This document shows, in pieces, positions 28,236-38,215 of a stretch of 64,000 nt of DNA. The translations under genes and the position numbers were made by a program. Every line of letters starts with the position of its first letter. Positions within the stretch are counted from its first letter, which is position 1. The notes below the pieces were generated by a model. That model did not search any database and was not told the origin of the DNA. It saw only the letters and a program-made list of their open reading frames with translations. This DNA comes from Isurus oxyrinchus (Eukaryota), in NCBI GenBank assembly GCA_026770705.1, contig JANJGN010000026.1, forward strand, positions 23,064,001-23,128,000, read 5' to 3'.

Positions 28236-28541
28236 ATTCCGGTTCCGTAATTTCCCGGGATCCGCCTCTACAAACCTCTCCTGCCGGTGACACCGTTACT
28301 TTAAGATGTGAATACTTAGGATTCTGTCAGTACACAGTACACTGGTACCGTCAGTACGCCGGAGAGGCTCCGGAATATCTGCTTCAGAGGCACACTTCAG
28401 GAGAGGAGAATGAAGAAAACGCTGCCGGGGGTAGAATTTCTGCTTCTATCGATTCTGCCGAGAGAATCAGCCGGTTAGATATCTCCAAACTACAACTGAG
28501 CGACCCCGCTGTGTATTACTGTGCACTGAGTCGGCGCAGAG
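28236..28541 (+). CDS. TRDV: Leaderless supporting TCR delta V segment of NAR-TCR cassette 1, apparently functional
   Basis: Phase-1 acceptor cccag; open frame DSGSVISRDPPLQTSPAGDTVTLRCEYLGFCQYTVHWYRQYAGEAPEYLLQRHTSGEENEENAAGGRISASIDSAERISRLDISKLQLSDPAVYYCALSRRR; Cys23, Trp41 and Cys104 intact; extra CDR1 Cys; no leader exon seen; RSS CACGGTG-23-ACAAAAATC (28542-28580). Confidence 0.92.
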
Positions 28542-28812
28542 CACGGTGATACAGATCACGGAGAGAGCTGTACAAAAATCTGAACATGGTGGGAATACAG
28601 ACACACAGTGATACAGAGCACGGAGAGAACTGTACAAAAACCTGAACATGGTGGGAATACAGACACACAGTGATACAGAGCACGGAGAGAACTGTACAGA
28701 AACCTAAACATGGTGGGATTACAGACGCACAGTGATACAAGGCACGGAGAGAACTGTACAGAAACATAAACATGGTGGGATTACAGACGCACAGTGATAC
28801 AAGGCACGGAAA
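28542..28812 (+). repeat. Tandem array of 23-RSSs, 62-bp period (4 complete RSS + 1 heptamer only)
   Basis: Heptamers at 28542, 28604, 28666, 28728, 28790; nonamers at 28572 (ACAAAAATC), 28634 (ACAAAAACC), 28696 (ACAGAAACC), 28758 (ACAGAAACA). Confidence 0.95.
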
Positions 28813-28889
28813 GAGTCCAAATTCGTGTCCATTTTCGGGATTAAGTTGAAGGAGCACACACACACACAAACACACATACACACACAGAC

Positions 28890-29154
28890 ACCAATTTAGA
28901 CAGTGCAGTCCCGATCGCAAGGTTTCGCCATTTAAACTAAAATATCATCTCATTCCCCTTTGGTCATATTTTAATAACAGTGAACACGGTTCAAACAGGC
29001 TTCCAGCAAATAAAATTACGGCAAAAAGCAGAGCTATTCACCCGACTGAATTCATCTGGACAAACAGAGGCTAAACAAAAAGAAATGTTCATTTTTTTTA
29101 CCCCCCAGATTCCAGTTCCGTAATTTCCCGGGATCCGCCTCTACAAACCTCTCC
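28890..29154 (+). pseudogene. Truncated local duplicate of the supporting-Vdelta acceptor region and first ~45 nt of its exon
   Basis: Near-identical to ~28020-28281; ends at ctacaaacctctc followed by a G-rich tract. Confidence 0.85.
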
Positions 29155-30764
29155 CGGGGTGGGAGGAGGGTGGGGGGCGGGGGGTGGAATCACCTAATCT
29201 CCAGGAATGTATATACAATTGACCTTATAATTTTGTACCACAGAACAAAGCCGTTAAACCCATCAAATTCGCAGGTCCCTTCTGGCTCCTCAGAGCCGTT
29301 AATATTTTTATATTTCGAGCCGCCTACCATACTCCTGCTAAAATAATTCATTCATTTATCCATTCTTCAACGAACGATGTGCACTATTTGGGCATAACTG
29401 GTTGAAGGTGGCCTGACAGCCTAAGATAATGATGCTCAAACATCTAGGATCATCGGTTTCAGCGGCATAGAATCCAAAAGAAAGGAAATGCTACTGACCC
29501 TCTTAGGGAAGCAGTGGTTCCCCCTCAACTGGAGCATTGTGTCCACTTCCGGGCATCGCACTTTAGGAGGGATGTGAATGGTTTATAAAGGGCGCAGGGA
29601 AGTTGACCAGGGATGCAGACCTTCAGTTAATTGGATAGTTTGGGGGAACTGGGCTTGTTCTCTATGGAGAATGGAAGGTTCAGGGTAGATCGAGGTTCAA
29701 AACCATGTGTCTCTGAACCGAGTAAATCAAAATAAACTGCTTCCATTGGTAGAAGGGTAGAGAGGAAGAACAGGAGGTTGGGTTTCGATTCGCTTCCTTG
29801 GTGAATGGGCCATGGAAGGCAGAGGCTCCAACAATTCACTGCGGCTGGGAAAACTCTTTATTTGTGTCACAGGGAGAGCGGGCGGCACTCTGCGAGACTT
29901 TTCCGCCCATTGGCGCCTGTACAAATCCATCGCTTTTGTCCAGTAAGACCGAATGTTTATTTTTGAAGTCACTTTTCGTATAAATCGAGTCTTCTTGCCC
30001 GCATACAAGCCAAATATGCACAGTCTGCTCTGTCACACACACACACACACACACACACACAGGGCCGACAGTGAGTCACAGAAACCTGGCCGCCGATTCT
30101 CAATGGCTCAGGACAAAATCTTGGTAGCAAGACAACAGCACGGTGATTGGCTCTTTCTCCCATTGATTCGGGGTCAGGAGGTTACGGAGTATCATCAGAC
30201 TCCGCCCAGCATTAAAACACCCAGCTGTAAATCGTGTAACTTTTGACGCGGACCTTGGAAGAAGGGTCAAACCGCATTTCTTAAAGGGGCCCTGCACCGC
30301 TCGACCTGTATCGCTAAGTTTTAGTACTTAGGAGGAGTGGTTGAAACATGGATCGGAAGAAAGTGACATTTTTTGATGTATTGATTCAGCAAGGTGGATA
30401 AACATCAATTGTTTATTTTCAATATCTAAAAACGATTTCGTAAGGTCAAAGCGTAAAGTAGAAACAATATTTTCCGAGGAGTACATGCCATTAATTCAAT
30501 GCGATCTTTTAGTAATAAACACAATCTGGATCTTGTTTCTCCCTGTATCCTCTTAAAGCAAAGCATGTGGACTTGGTAATACAATAATAATTAGGACCTG
30601 GTGAATGCTAACAGAGACAGAGCCTGGTGTAATAACCAATGGGTAATTGACTAATACTGGGGTCCATTAATACATTCACAGAGAAAGAGCTTAATGTCAT
30701 AATCAAGGAGCCTAGGGCTAGTACAAAAATATCCTAATATTTTCTTATGTGACTTATGGCTTAT

Positions 30765-31722
30765 GTGGTAGTGGGGGTGGGGGCGGGGTTGCTAGGATTA
30801 GGAAGATTGCGGATGACACAAAGATTGACCGTGTGGCTAACTGTGAGGTTGAGTGTCTTGGGCTACAGGAAGAATAGACGAGATGGTCAAATGGGCAGAT
30901 AAATGGCAGATGGAATTTAACCCTGAAAAGTGTGAAGTGATACATTTTGGAAGGAGTAACTTGACAAGGAAGTATTCAATGAACGGCCTGACGCTAGGAA
31001 GTTCTGAGGATCAAAGGGAACTTGGCATGTGTGTCCATAGATCTCTGAAGGTGGAGGGGCATGTTAGTTGGGTGGTGAAAAAAGCATATGGGACACTTGC
31101 CTTTATCAATCGAGGCATCGATTACAGAAGTAGGGAGGTCATGTTGGAGTTCTATAGAACATTGGCGAGGCCACAACTGGAGTACTGTATGCAGTTCTGG
31201 TCGCCACATTATAGGAAGGATGTGATTGCACCGGAGGGGGTGCAGAGGAGATTCACCAGGATGTTGCCTTGAATGAAACATTTAAGTTATGAAGAGTGGT
31301 TGGATAGACTTGGGTTGTTTTCATTGGGACAGAGAAAACTGAGGGGCGACCTGATCGAGGTGTATAAGATTATGAGGGGCATGGATAGGGTGGATAAGGA
31401 ACAGCTGTTCCCCTTAATTGAAGGGTCAGTCACGAGGGGACATAAATTCAAGGTGAGGGGAAGGAGGTTTAGGGAGGATGTGAGGAAAAACATTTTTACC
31501 CAGAGGGTGGTGACGGTCTGGAATGCACTGCCTGTGAGGGTGGTGGAGACGGGTTGCCTCACATCCTTTAAAAAGTACCTGGATGAGCACTTGGCACGTC
31601 ATAACATTCAAGACGATGGGCCAAGTGCTGGTAAATGGGATTAGGTAGATGCGTCAGGTGTTTCTCACGTGTAGGTGTAGACTCGATGGGCTGAAAGACC
31701 TCTTTTGCACTGTGATTCTGTG
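30765..31722 (+). mobile_element. 5'-truncated CR1 LINE with terminal (attctgtg)n
   Basis: ORFs KWADKWQMEFNPEKCEVIHFG..LEYCMQFWSPHY and RLGLFSL..FTQRVVTVWNALP; ends ctgtgattctgtgattctgtga. Confidence 0.92.
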
Positions 31723-32294
31723 ATTCTGTGACTTAATCTCAATTTTGTTTTAATGTGAGATTACGCTTTGTGTTGTGTGGATATTCTTGGTTAATGGCAT
31801 AAATTGCATTGTGTGGGTATAACTTGTATTTTGTGTGTAAGTTTAACTTCTATCATGTCAGTACATTCGGCAGCATTTGACTCTCACTGTCATTCTTATT
31901 CTCGCCTGGTCTCATGTCACTGAGCTATGTTGGCTTCGGCCTAATGGCTAGCAATGTTTCTTTCAGTGTCTCGCATAAGTGAACATTCCACATGACTAAG
32001 CCTACTTTAGATCTGCCCAAGTGTTAACAAGTCACATTCAAAACTACATTGGGTTGCATGAGACATCAAGACTCGATAATCATATCCCCAGAGTCTCCCA
32101 ACATTCTACCACCTCCCAAAAAGAACATGGGAAATATTTGCTGATTCTATTTGTTCAAGTAACTGTACATAATTATGGAAGCTAATTGTCTCTCTGTAGA
32201 ATTCCAACAGTACAAATGAGGGTATGTTTGAGCTTGTAACAGAGAATCTCTGTGATTAAATGTCACCGGCAGAGACCATCGCTTCTCATAGAAA

Positions 32295-32364
32295 ATGCAC
32301 TGCCGAATATCTGGTGTAGTTTATGCCATTTACTGTCCAATTCTTGCTGCTGTTGGAGTTCCGG
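32295..32364 (+). CDS. Exon 1 of a GPR139-like class A GPCR (pseudo)gene
   Basis: ATG..MHCRISGVVYAIYCPILAAVGVP + g|gtaagt; resembles the TM1 first half (YYPxLAAxGVP) of shark GPR139-like genes as recalled, not searched. Confidence 0.7.
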
Positions 32365-33799
32365 GTAAGTCTTTGGACTAGATCATTAAGTGGACAAAGC
32401 ACTGTTTTATGAAGCTGGTTATGTCATTTACAATTAACCATGTGACATAGTCATCTCCAGATACTTGTTTGAACTCATTTGCTCAGGGGTATACTAACTT
32501 TCCACCGTTTTAATATTTCTTTACTTTAAACTCAAGCATTAATAATTAAGTCTCTGAAACATCCAATAATTCCCCCCTATTCCTTTACACCATCCCATGT
32601 GAGGGCGCTCAGGTAACTAGATTGATTTCTAAAAAGTAATATTCTGGTAACTTTTACAAAACCTTTCGTTCACTGCTATTCTTCTACTAGTGAGAACTTG
32701 AGAATACATTTCCAACGATACCAACTTTGGGTAGATTTTGATTTTATGTTAGACTAAAAATGCGAGTGTAATAGCCGGTGTTATACCTGCCTTGAATAAT
32801 GGTTCCACTGTTTACAGGTGAATTACAATTCTGGGGGGATGTGGAATGAGCTGCATTATCATCAGCCATTTCACATTTCCGTTTGAAATGGTTGAAGGGT
32901 GAAATTGACCTTGGGCTGTTAAGCAAGCTGGCTGCCAGTTTTATACTCGATCCAGTTCTCTGTCCCATTGACATCAGAGGAGTAGAAATCGGACCGAGTG
33001 TAAAACAGGCCGTTCATTCGATGCAGCCCAAAAACGGTTCCTGCCCCATGGGAGTCAAAGGATATCGGGGACAGGTGGGAATGTGGAGTTGAGGCCATAA
33101 TCAGATCAGCCATGATCTTATTGAATGGTGAAGCAGGCTCGAAGGGCCGAATGACCTGACTCTGCTCCTGATTTGCATGTTGTATGTTCCTGAAACACTT
33201 ACTGAATTAATTACTGAATTAATAGTTTAGTGGCATAGCCACGATAGTAATCTTCCCTTTAAGTTTGCCTCCCTTACATTATGCCCATCAATTATTATTT
33301 CCCATTCAGCGCTAAAATTACCTTTTCATTTGTCTCATTGTGGGTTGGCTGTTATAATGGAAGCCATGAAGTTATGAACTAAATGCAGTCTAAAAATCAA
33401 TGCGGAGATCTGATGAGAAGAATCACTGGTGTCAAATGTTTTTAATTACAAGGTCAATCATTATATTTACCGAGTAAGTTAACATCAGTAATTGTGTTTC
33501 AGTTCTTTGTCACTTTCATGAGGAAACCAGGTTAATATTTACTTCCTGGAGTGACTCTTACTGAGGCGCCGCTACTTTGTTCTAATGAATTGTTTTGCTA
33601 CGCTGTGTTCTGAAACATTTTCTCTGGCCAGAGCTGCTTGAAGGAGGAAGGAAACGTTGTTTTGTTTCATACATGACAAAAACCTCTGTAGATAATCGAA
33701 ATCAGACGTGTTTCCAGAAAAATCGTTGAGGTTGAGCAAAGGAATATACAATTTAATATAGACCTTTCATGGGAACCAGGTTATGTTCTTCTAACGGAA

Positions 33800-34170
33800 T
33801 CTCATGCTTACGTCACTGGGTTAATGATCCAGAGGCCTGAACCAATGACCCAGGGACATGAGTTCCAATTCTACTAATTAGTTTAAAATTAAATAATAAA
33901 TAACTTTGGAATAAAGTTGTAGTATCAGGAATAGTGATCAGGAGACTACCAGACCATCGCAATATACTCTACCCAGTTCACTAACGTCCTTCAGGGAAAG
34001 AAATCTACTCCAGCCCAGATATGATTCCAGATCCACAGCAATGTGGTTGAACATTAACCGCATTCTTAAATTACTCAGAAAACCACTCAGTCGGTAAGTG
34101 GCGGCTCTCCACCACCCTCTGAAAGGCAATTGGCAATTGACAATAAATGCTGGTGCTCCAATGTCCCCCA
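33800..34170 (+). mobile_element. tRNA-derived SINE (HE1-like), decayed
   Basis: B-box-like gacatgagttccaattctac followed by the typical ggcaattgacaataaatgctgg tail. Confidence 0.55.
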
Positions 34171-34842
34171 AATCCAATGAATAAATGAATAAAAAGGGTC
34201 TGGGTGGAGGTGGGACTGGAGTGCCGGGAAGTTGGATGATAAATCGAAACCGCTGTTGACTTGAGAGTCAGGCATTGTGCTGAGCCGTAATCCCCAGCTC
34301 TCACTTGTACAGCGGTGAACTGAAGGCTCTGTCAGCTGTCGACACAGAAAAGGACTTGAACTGCCATCTAGTGGAATCTTATCCGCGAAATAGCGCTTTT
34401 TTTGCTCAGATTTTATTATTACTGCATCTGATGCTATTTTTCATTGTTTTACTTTTGCTACATTGGCTATTTCACATTACTTGCAGGATTATTTGTCTCG
34501 GTTTTCTAGCATGCCTACATCATTAGTACAGTACATGTCATTTGCACACATAGATGAACTTCTTATTAATAAATTTATAAATCCACAATTGATGAGGTTG
34601 GATTGTAAATATCTAAAGAATAGAAGGCTTCAGAGCTCCCTAATCATAAAACAAGAATGTCAACCAAATTTCAATAAGCGAATGTGTCAGAGTATTTTTC
34701 TACGAGTAGAAATAATAAAATATATTTTTATGGCAGTAATTTATTCGCATGATGAACTTTGCATTTTTAAGCGATTTTCCTTCGATCACACTCACTTCCA
34801 AAGCCCATGGGCTTGTTGTCTCCTAAATCCTCATGTTGAGCG

Positions 34843-35151
34843 AGTTATTGTACAGGCTCTTTGTCTCTTTGCTTCACCTTGCCTCACCGCACTGTAATAC
34901 ATCGCAGCATCTGACAGCTCAACCGTGTTAACAGTGAGAGTGGTGGAGCTTTTCTCACGGTCCACAGATATTTTAAACCTTCCCTTAACTCTATCATCTC
35001 TGTATGTGGAAACGAGATACTCGGGAGCTTGATTGGAGAATTGCCAGTACCAGAATACAAGATCTTTTGTAGCGAATGTAGCACTGTGATGAAGCGAAAT
35101 GGTTTGTCCGACAGTTCCCCAATACATCGATATCTGAAATGTCTTCCAGTG
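34843..35151 (-). pseudogene. Inverted TCR alpha/delta V pseudogene lacking both canonical Cys
   Basis: GQTISLHHSATFATKDLVFWYWQFSNQAPEYLVSTYRDDRVKGRFKISVDREKSSTTLTVNTVELSDAAMYYSAVR; RSS CAAGGTG-23-ACAATAACT (heptamer lacks CAC); no acceptor AG found at the expected site. Confidence 0.85.
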
Positions 35152-35611
35152 GCAAGGAACAACAGCGAAAATATTAATAACATTAGCTTAATTATACATG
35201 CAAGAATAAAGCGCTTGCCGATATTGGCAGAATATACTAATCTCTGTCTCTATCTATCTATCTATCTGTCTGTCTATCTGCCTGTCTGTCTATCTACATT
35301 CCTCTCTGTCTATCTATTTGTCTAACTATGTATCTCATCATTTAACAATCTTTCTCTCGCATATCTACTATCTATGCATCTGAGAGGCGATGTTATTTTT
35401 CTGTCTATCTCTTTACGTTGAACAAACAAACATCGGAAATTTTACTTAATATTTTTCGATGCTCTGTGTCTGTAGTAGCAGCGGTATGTTATAACTTTAT
35501 CCAGAGAAAAGTTAAAATTTAGAAAAGTAACGTTTCTGGACGTTGTCGGCATTTCTAAAGGTCCTTGTTTGGGGAAAGGTTAAAGGTGCAATGGAGACAC
35601 AGCAATGAACA

Positions 35612-36005
35612 AGATATTGTACAGCTGGATGCGCTCTTTGTCTCAATGTGTCTGCTTCCCACAGTGATACATTCCGGCGTCCTGGGTCGCGGTGTCATCT
35701 ATAGAGATGGTATTGGACCTCTTTGCTCGGTCAAAGGTCAGTGTGTAGCGTCCTTTGGTCACATTCCCCTGGATAATGGAGGCGATAAATGTCGGAGCCC
35801 CTGTCAGTGTTTGTTTGTACCAGGCTACGGTATAACCAGAGCCAATGGAGAGCCGCCAGCCCAGGTCCTCACCCTGAATGCCTCTGAATGAAAGAAAAAC
35901 CACTGAGCCACCACGGGGTTCTGAGAGATTAGTAAAAACGATGCATCTGATGATGTAAGTCAACTCACACAATATCAACAGCAACAGGGCTCCAACTGGA
36001 ATCAG
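35612..36005 (-). pseudogene. Inverted divergent V segment with FR1 deletion (leader 36005-35969, V exon 35881-35651)
   Basis: Leader (L)IPVGALLLLIL + t|gtgagt with CTG instead of ATG; exon IQGEDLGWRLSIGSGYTVAWYKQTLTGAPTFIASIIQGNVTKGRYTLTFDRAKRSNTISIDDTATQDAGMYHCGKQT; Cys23 strand missing; RSS CACATTG-23-ACAATATCT. Confidence 0.8.
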
Positions 36006-37789
36006 GTCTTTGCCGGAGTTTCTGTTTATGATGATGAAGATTGACAAAAGGTGAATCAATCAGGGTGTTATTTCTAGACTGGGACTTGCTGCCAAGTTCA
36101 GGACTGTCAATGATGGGGAGGTGGAGAGGAGAGCGGAGGGCTTTATATTCCCCTCTTGAATGTGAGACTGACTGATGGGCGACATTCTCACCAATTGGGC
36201 AATTATGGGATGTCGCTATATGATGTTACTCACAGCGCCAATTAGTGATTGGAGGTTTCTCAAAACTTAGACCACTTGAATTGTCACTGTTTCCGAACCT
36301 CTCTGCTTTCTGTATGTAGCACCAGGTTATATTGTTTCATAATGTCTGTGCTCTGTTTTCTTTATAACTGAAAAGAGCCAGTTGTCATCTTACAACACAA
36401 GGAGAGGAAGCTCGGCCCATTACCCATGTGCGCTGGGTGGCATATAGAGTTACACAGTTATTCTGAATCATCCATCCGCCACTCGTATATTTTGACTTCT
36501 TAAAAATTCCTTTTACTGGTCAAACATTGAACTATTCACCTTTTAAGAATACTTAATATTTTGTTTTCAACTCTGTTCCTCATGGGCCATCACATCCTCT
36601 AATAGGCCAGTTCTTAAAACACGACAACATCTTCAAATCTCTCCCTCCATTATAATAGTGGTAAACTTCAATGATGCCATCCAGTTACCCATTGACTCAC
36701 TCTCTCCTTTTAACCTTTTCCAAACCTTCCATGATTGGGTACAAGTCTGTCAGTCCACTTCTTAACATTCCGTGTTCTGGTGGAAATATCTCCAGTTGCT
36801 CAAGTTTCCGCTCAGGAATATTGCCTCTCATCCCAGCGACATCTTTCACAATCCATCCTACACACTGTCTTTCAGGTTAATACCAAACGAAAGAAGGGTC
36901 ACAAAACTGACCAAAGAGTTTAAACTATGCCCTCAGTAATGATCTTTTCAGCTTTATTCTTGTTTCTGAGCTTAACAATCCGCACCCCTCTCAATTAAAT
37001 GCGATTCTTCAGCAGCATGCTCCACACTTTCTGCATCTGAATTCTGAACTCTTTCTCCCCATTTACCCAGTTCAATTAATATCTACTTCTCAGTACCCCG
37101 TAACATTTCACACCCTTGTTAATCAAGAACCTATCTAGCTCTGCCTTTAAAATATTCAAAGACTCTTTTTCCACCGCCTGTTGTGGAACTTTCTTTCTCA
37201 AAAGGCAGCGGAAGCAGAGTCTTTGAATATATTTAAGGCAGAGCTAGATATATTTCTTGATAACCAAGGGCGTGAAAGGTTAACGGGGGCAGGCGGGAAT
37301 GTGGAGTTCAGATTACAGTCAGATCATCCATGATCTTATTGAATGGCAGAGCAGGCTCGAAGGGCCGAGTGGCCTACTCCTGCTCCTATTTCGGATGTTA
37401 GTATGTTAGTTCCTTTCGGGTTTCGTCTAGTTTGCATTTTGTGTATGAGACAAACAGACACGACAATTTTAGATTTTCCTTCAGGCGATTAAGTGGATTG
37501 TTCTTCTGATGGTCACTGAATATTATTCCTCTCCGCTGCCTGTGCGGGTATTTCTAATGGGGCGAGCCCGCCACCTGCCGGTATATTTGGGTAAATTTGC
37601 TTTGTCGAATTTATCAAATTCGGTATTTCGTCCCTGAAATGGTTTATTTTTTATTTATCTTACTGTGGAGAGGGTATATTCTACGGGGAGACATTACCCC
37701 AACACAATTGTAAAGATTGTGAACATTGCATGTTTATGTATTTCATTTAAAGTGACACTAAATCATAAAAATAAAGCATTATTAACAAA

Positions 37790-37993
37790 CAAATAAATAT
37801 GTGTGCGCGCATGTGTGATTATGACAGTGTCCAGCAGAGGGTAGATTGCTAAAGATGTCTGTGTGTGTGCGTGTGTGATTATGACACTGTCTAGCAGAGG
37901 GCAGATTGCTAAAGTTGCGCGCGCGCGCCTGTGTGTGTGTGTGTGTGTGTGTGTGATTCTGGCAGTGTCCAACAGAGGGTAGATTGCCAAAGC

Positions 37994-38028
<35 letters not shown>

Positions 38029-38215
38029 CTCATTGTGTGCACGTTTGTGTGTTTATCAGTGTGTGTGCGCGCGCGCGTGTATGTGTGTCTGTCTGTGTGT
38101 ACGTATCTGTGTTGTGCCGGGGTGGGTGTATTTGTGTGTGGGGCGGGGGGGGGGGGGGGGGGGGGGGGGGGGGTGGTGGGGGGTTGTGGGGGGGTTGGGT
38201 GGGGGGGGGGTGCTC
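37790..38215. repeat. (GT)n-rich tandem units with CTCF-like cores, followed by poly-G
   Basis: Three units containing ccagcagagggtag / ctagcagagggcag / ccaacagagggtag separated by GT runs; G tract at ~38140-38210. Confidence 0.8.

Larger units (their letters stand above)
17400..28812 (+). repeat. Segmental duplication copy A (paralogous to ~40000-50614)
   Basis: Colinear homologous blocks by eye: 17400-17860 with 40000-40460; 20220-21680 with 40970-42680; 22150-25305 with 42690-45900; 26700-28800 with 48565-50614. Confidence 0.9.

Noticed and set aside
28542-28812. CRISPR-like appearance of the 62-bp array (and of the 25-bp array at 42084-42335)
   Set aside because: Linkers are near-identical rather than unique spacers, the host is a vertebrate, and the repeated unit is a recognisable RSS.
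34884-35183. MLLIFSLLFLATG as a leader fused to the inverted V
   Set aside because: It is out of frame with the V and probably corresponds to the intronic pyrimidine-rich tract.
35643-36059. 138-aa ORF as an intronless V protein
   Set aside because: It starts at a non-ATG codon, reads through a GT-AG intron and lacks Cys23; treated as a V pseudogene.
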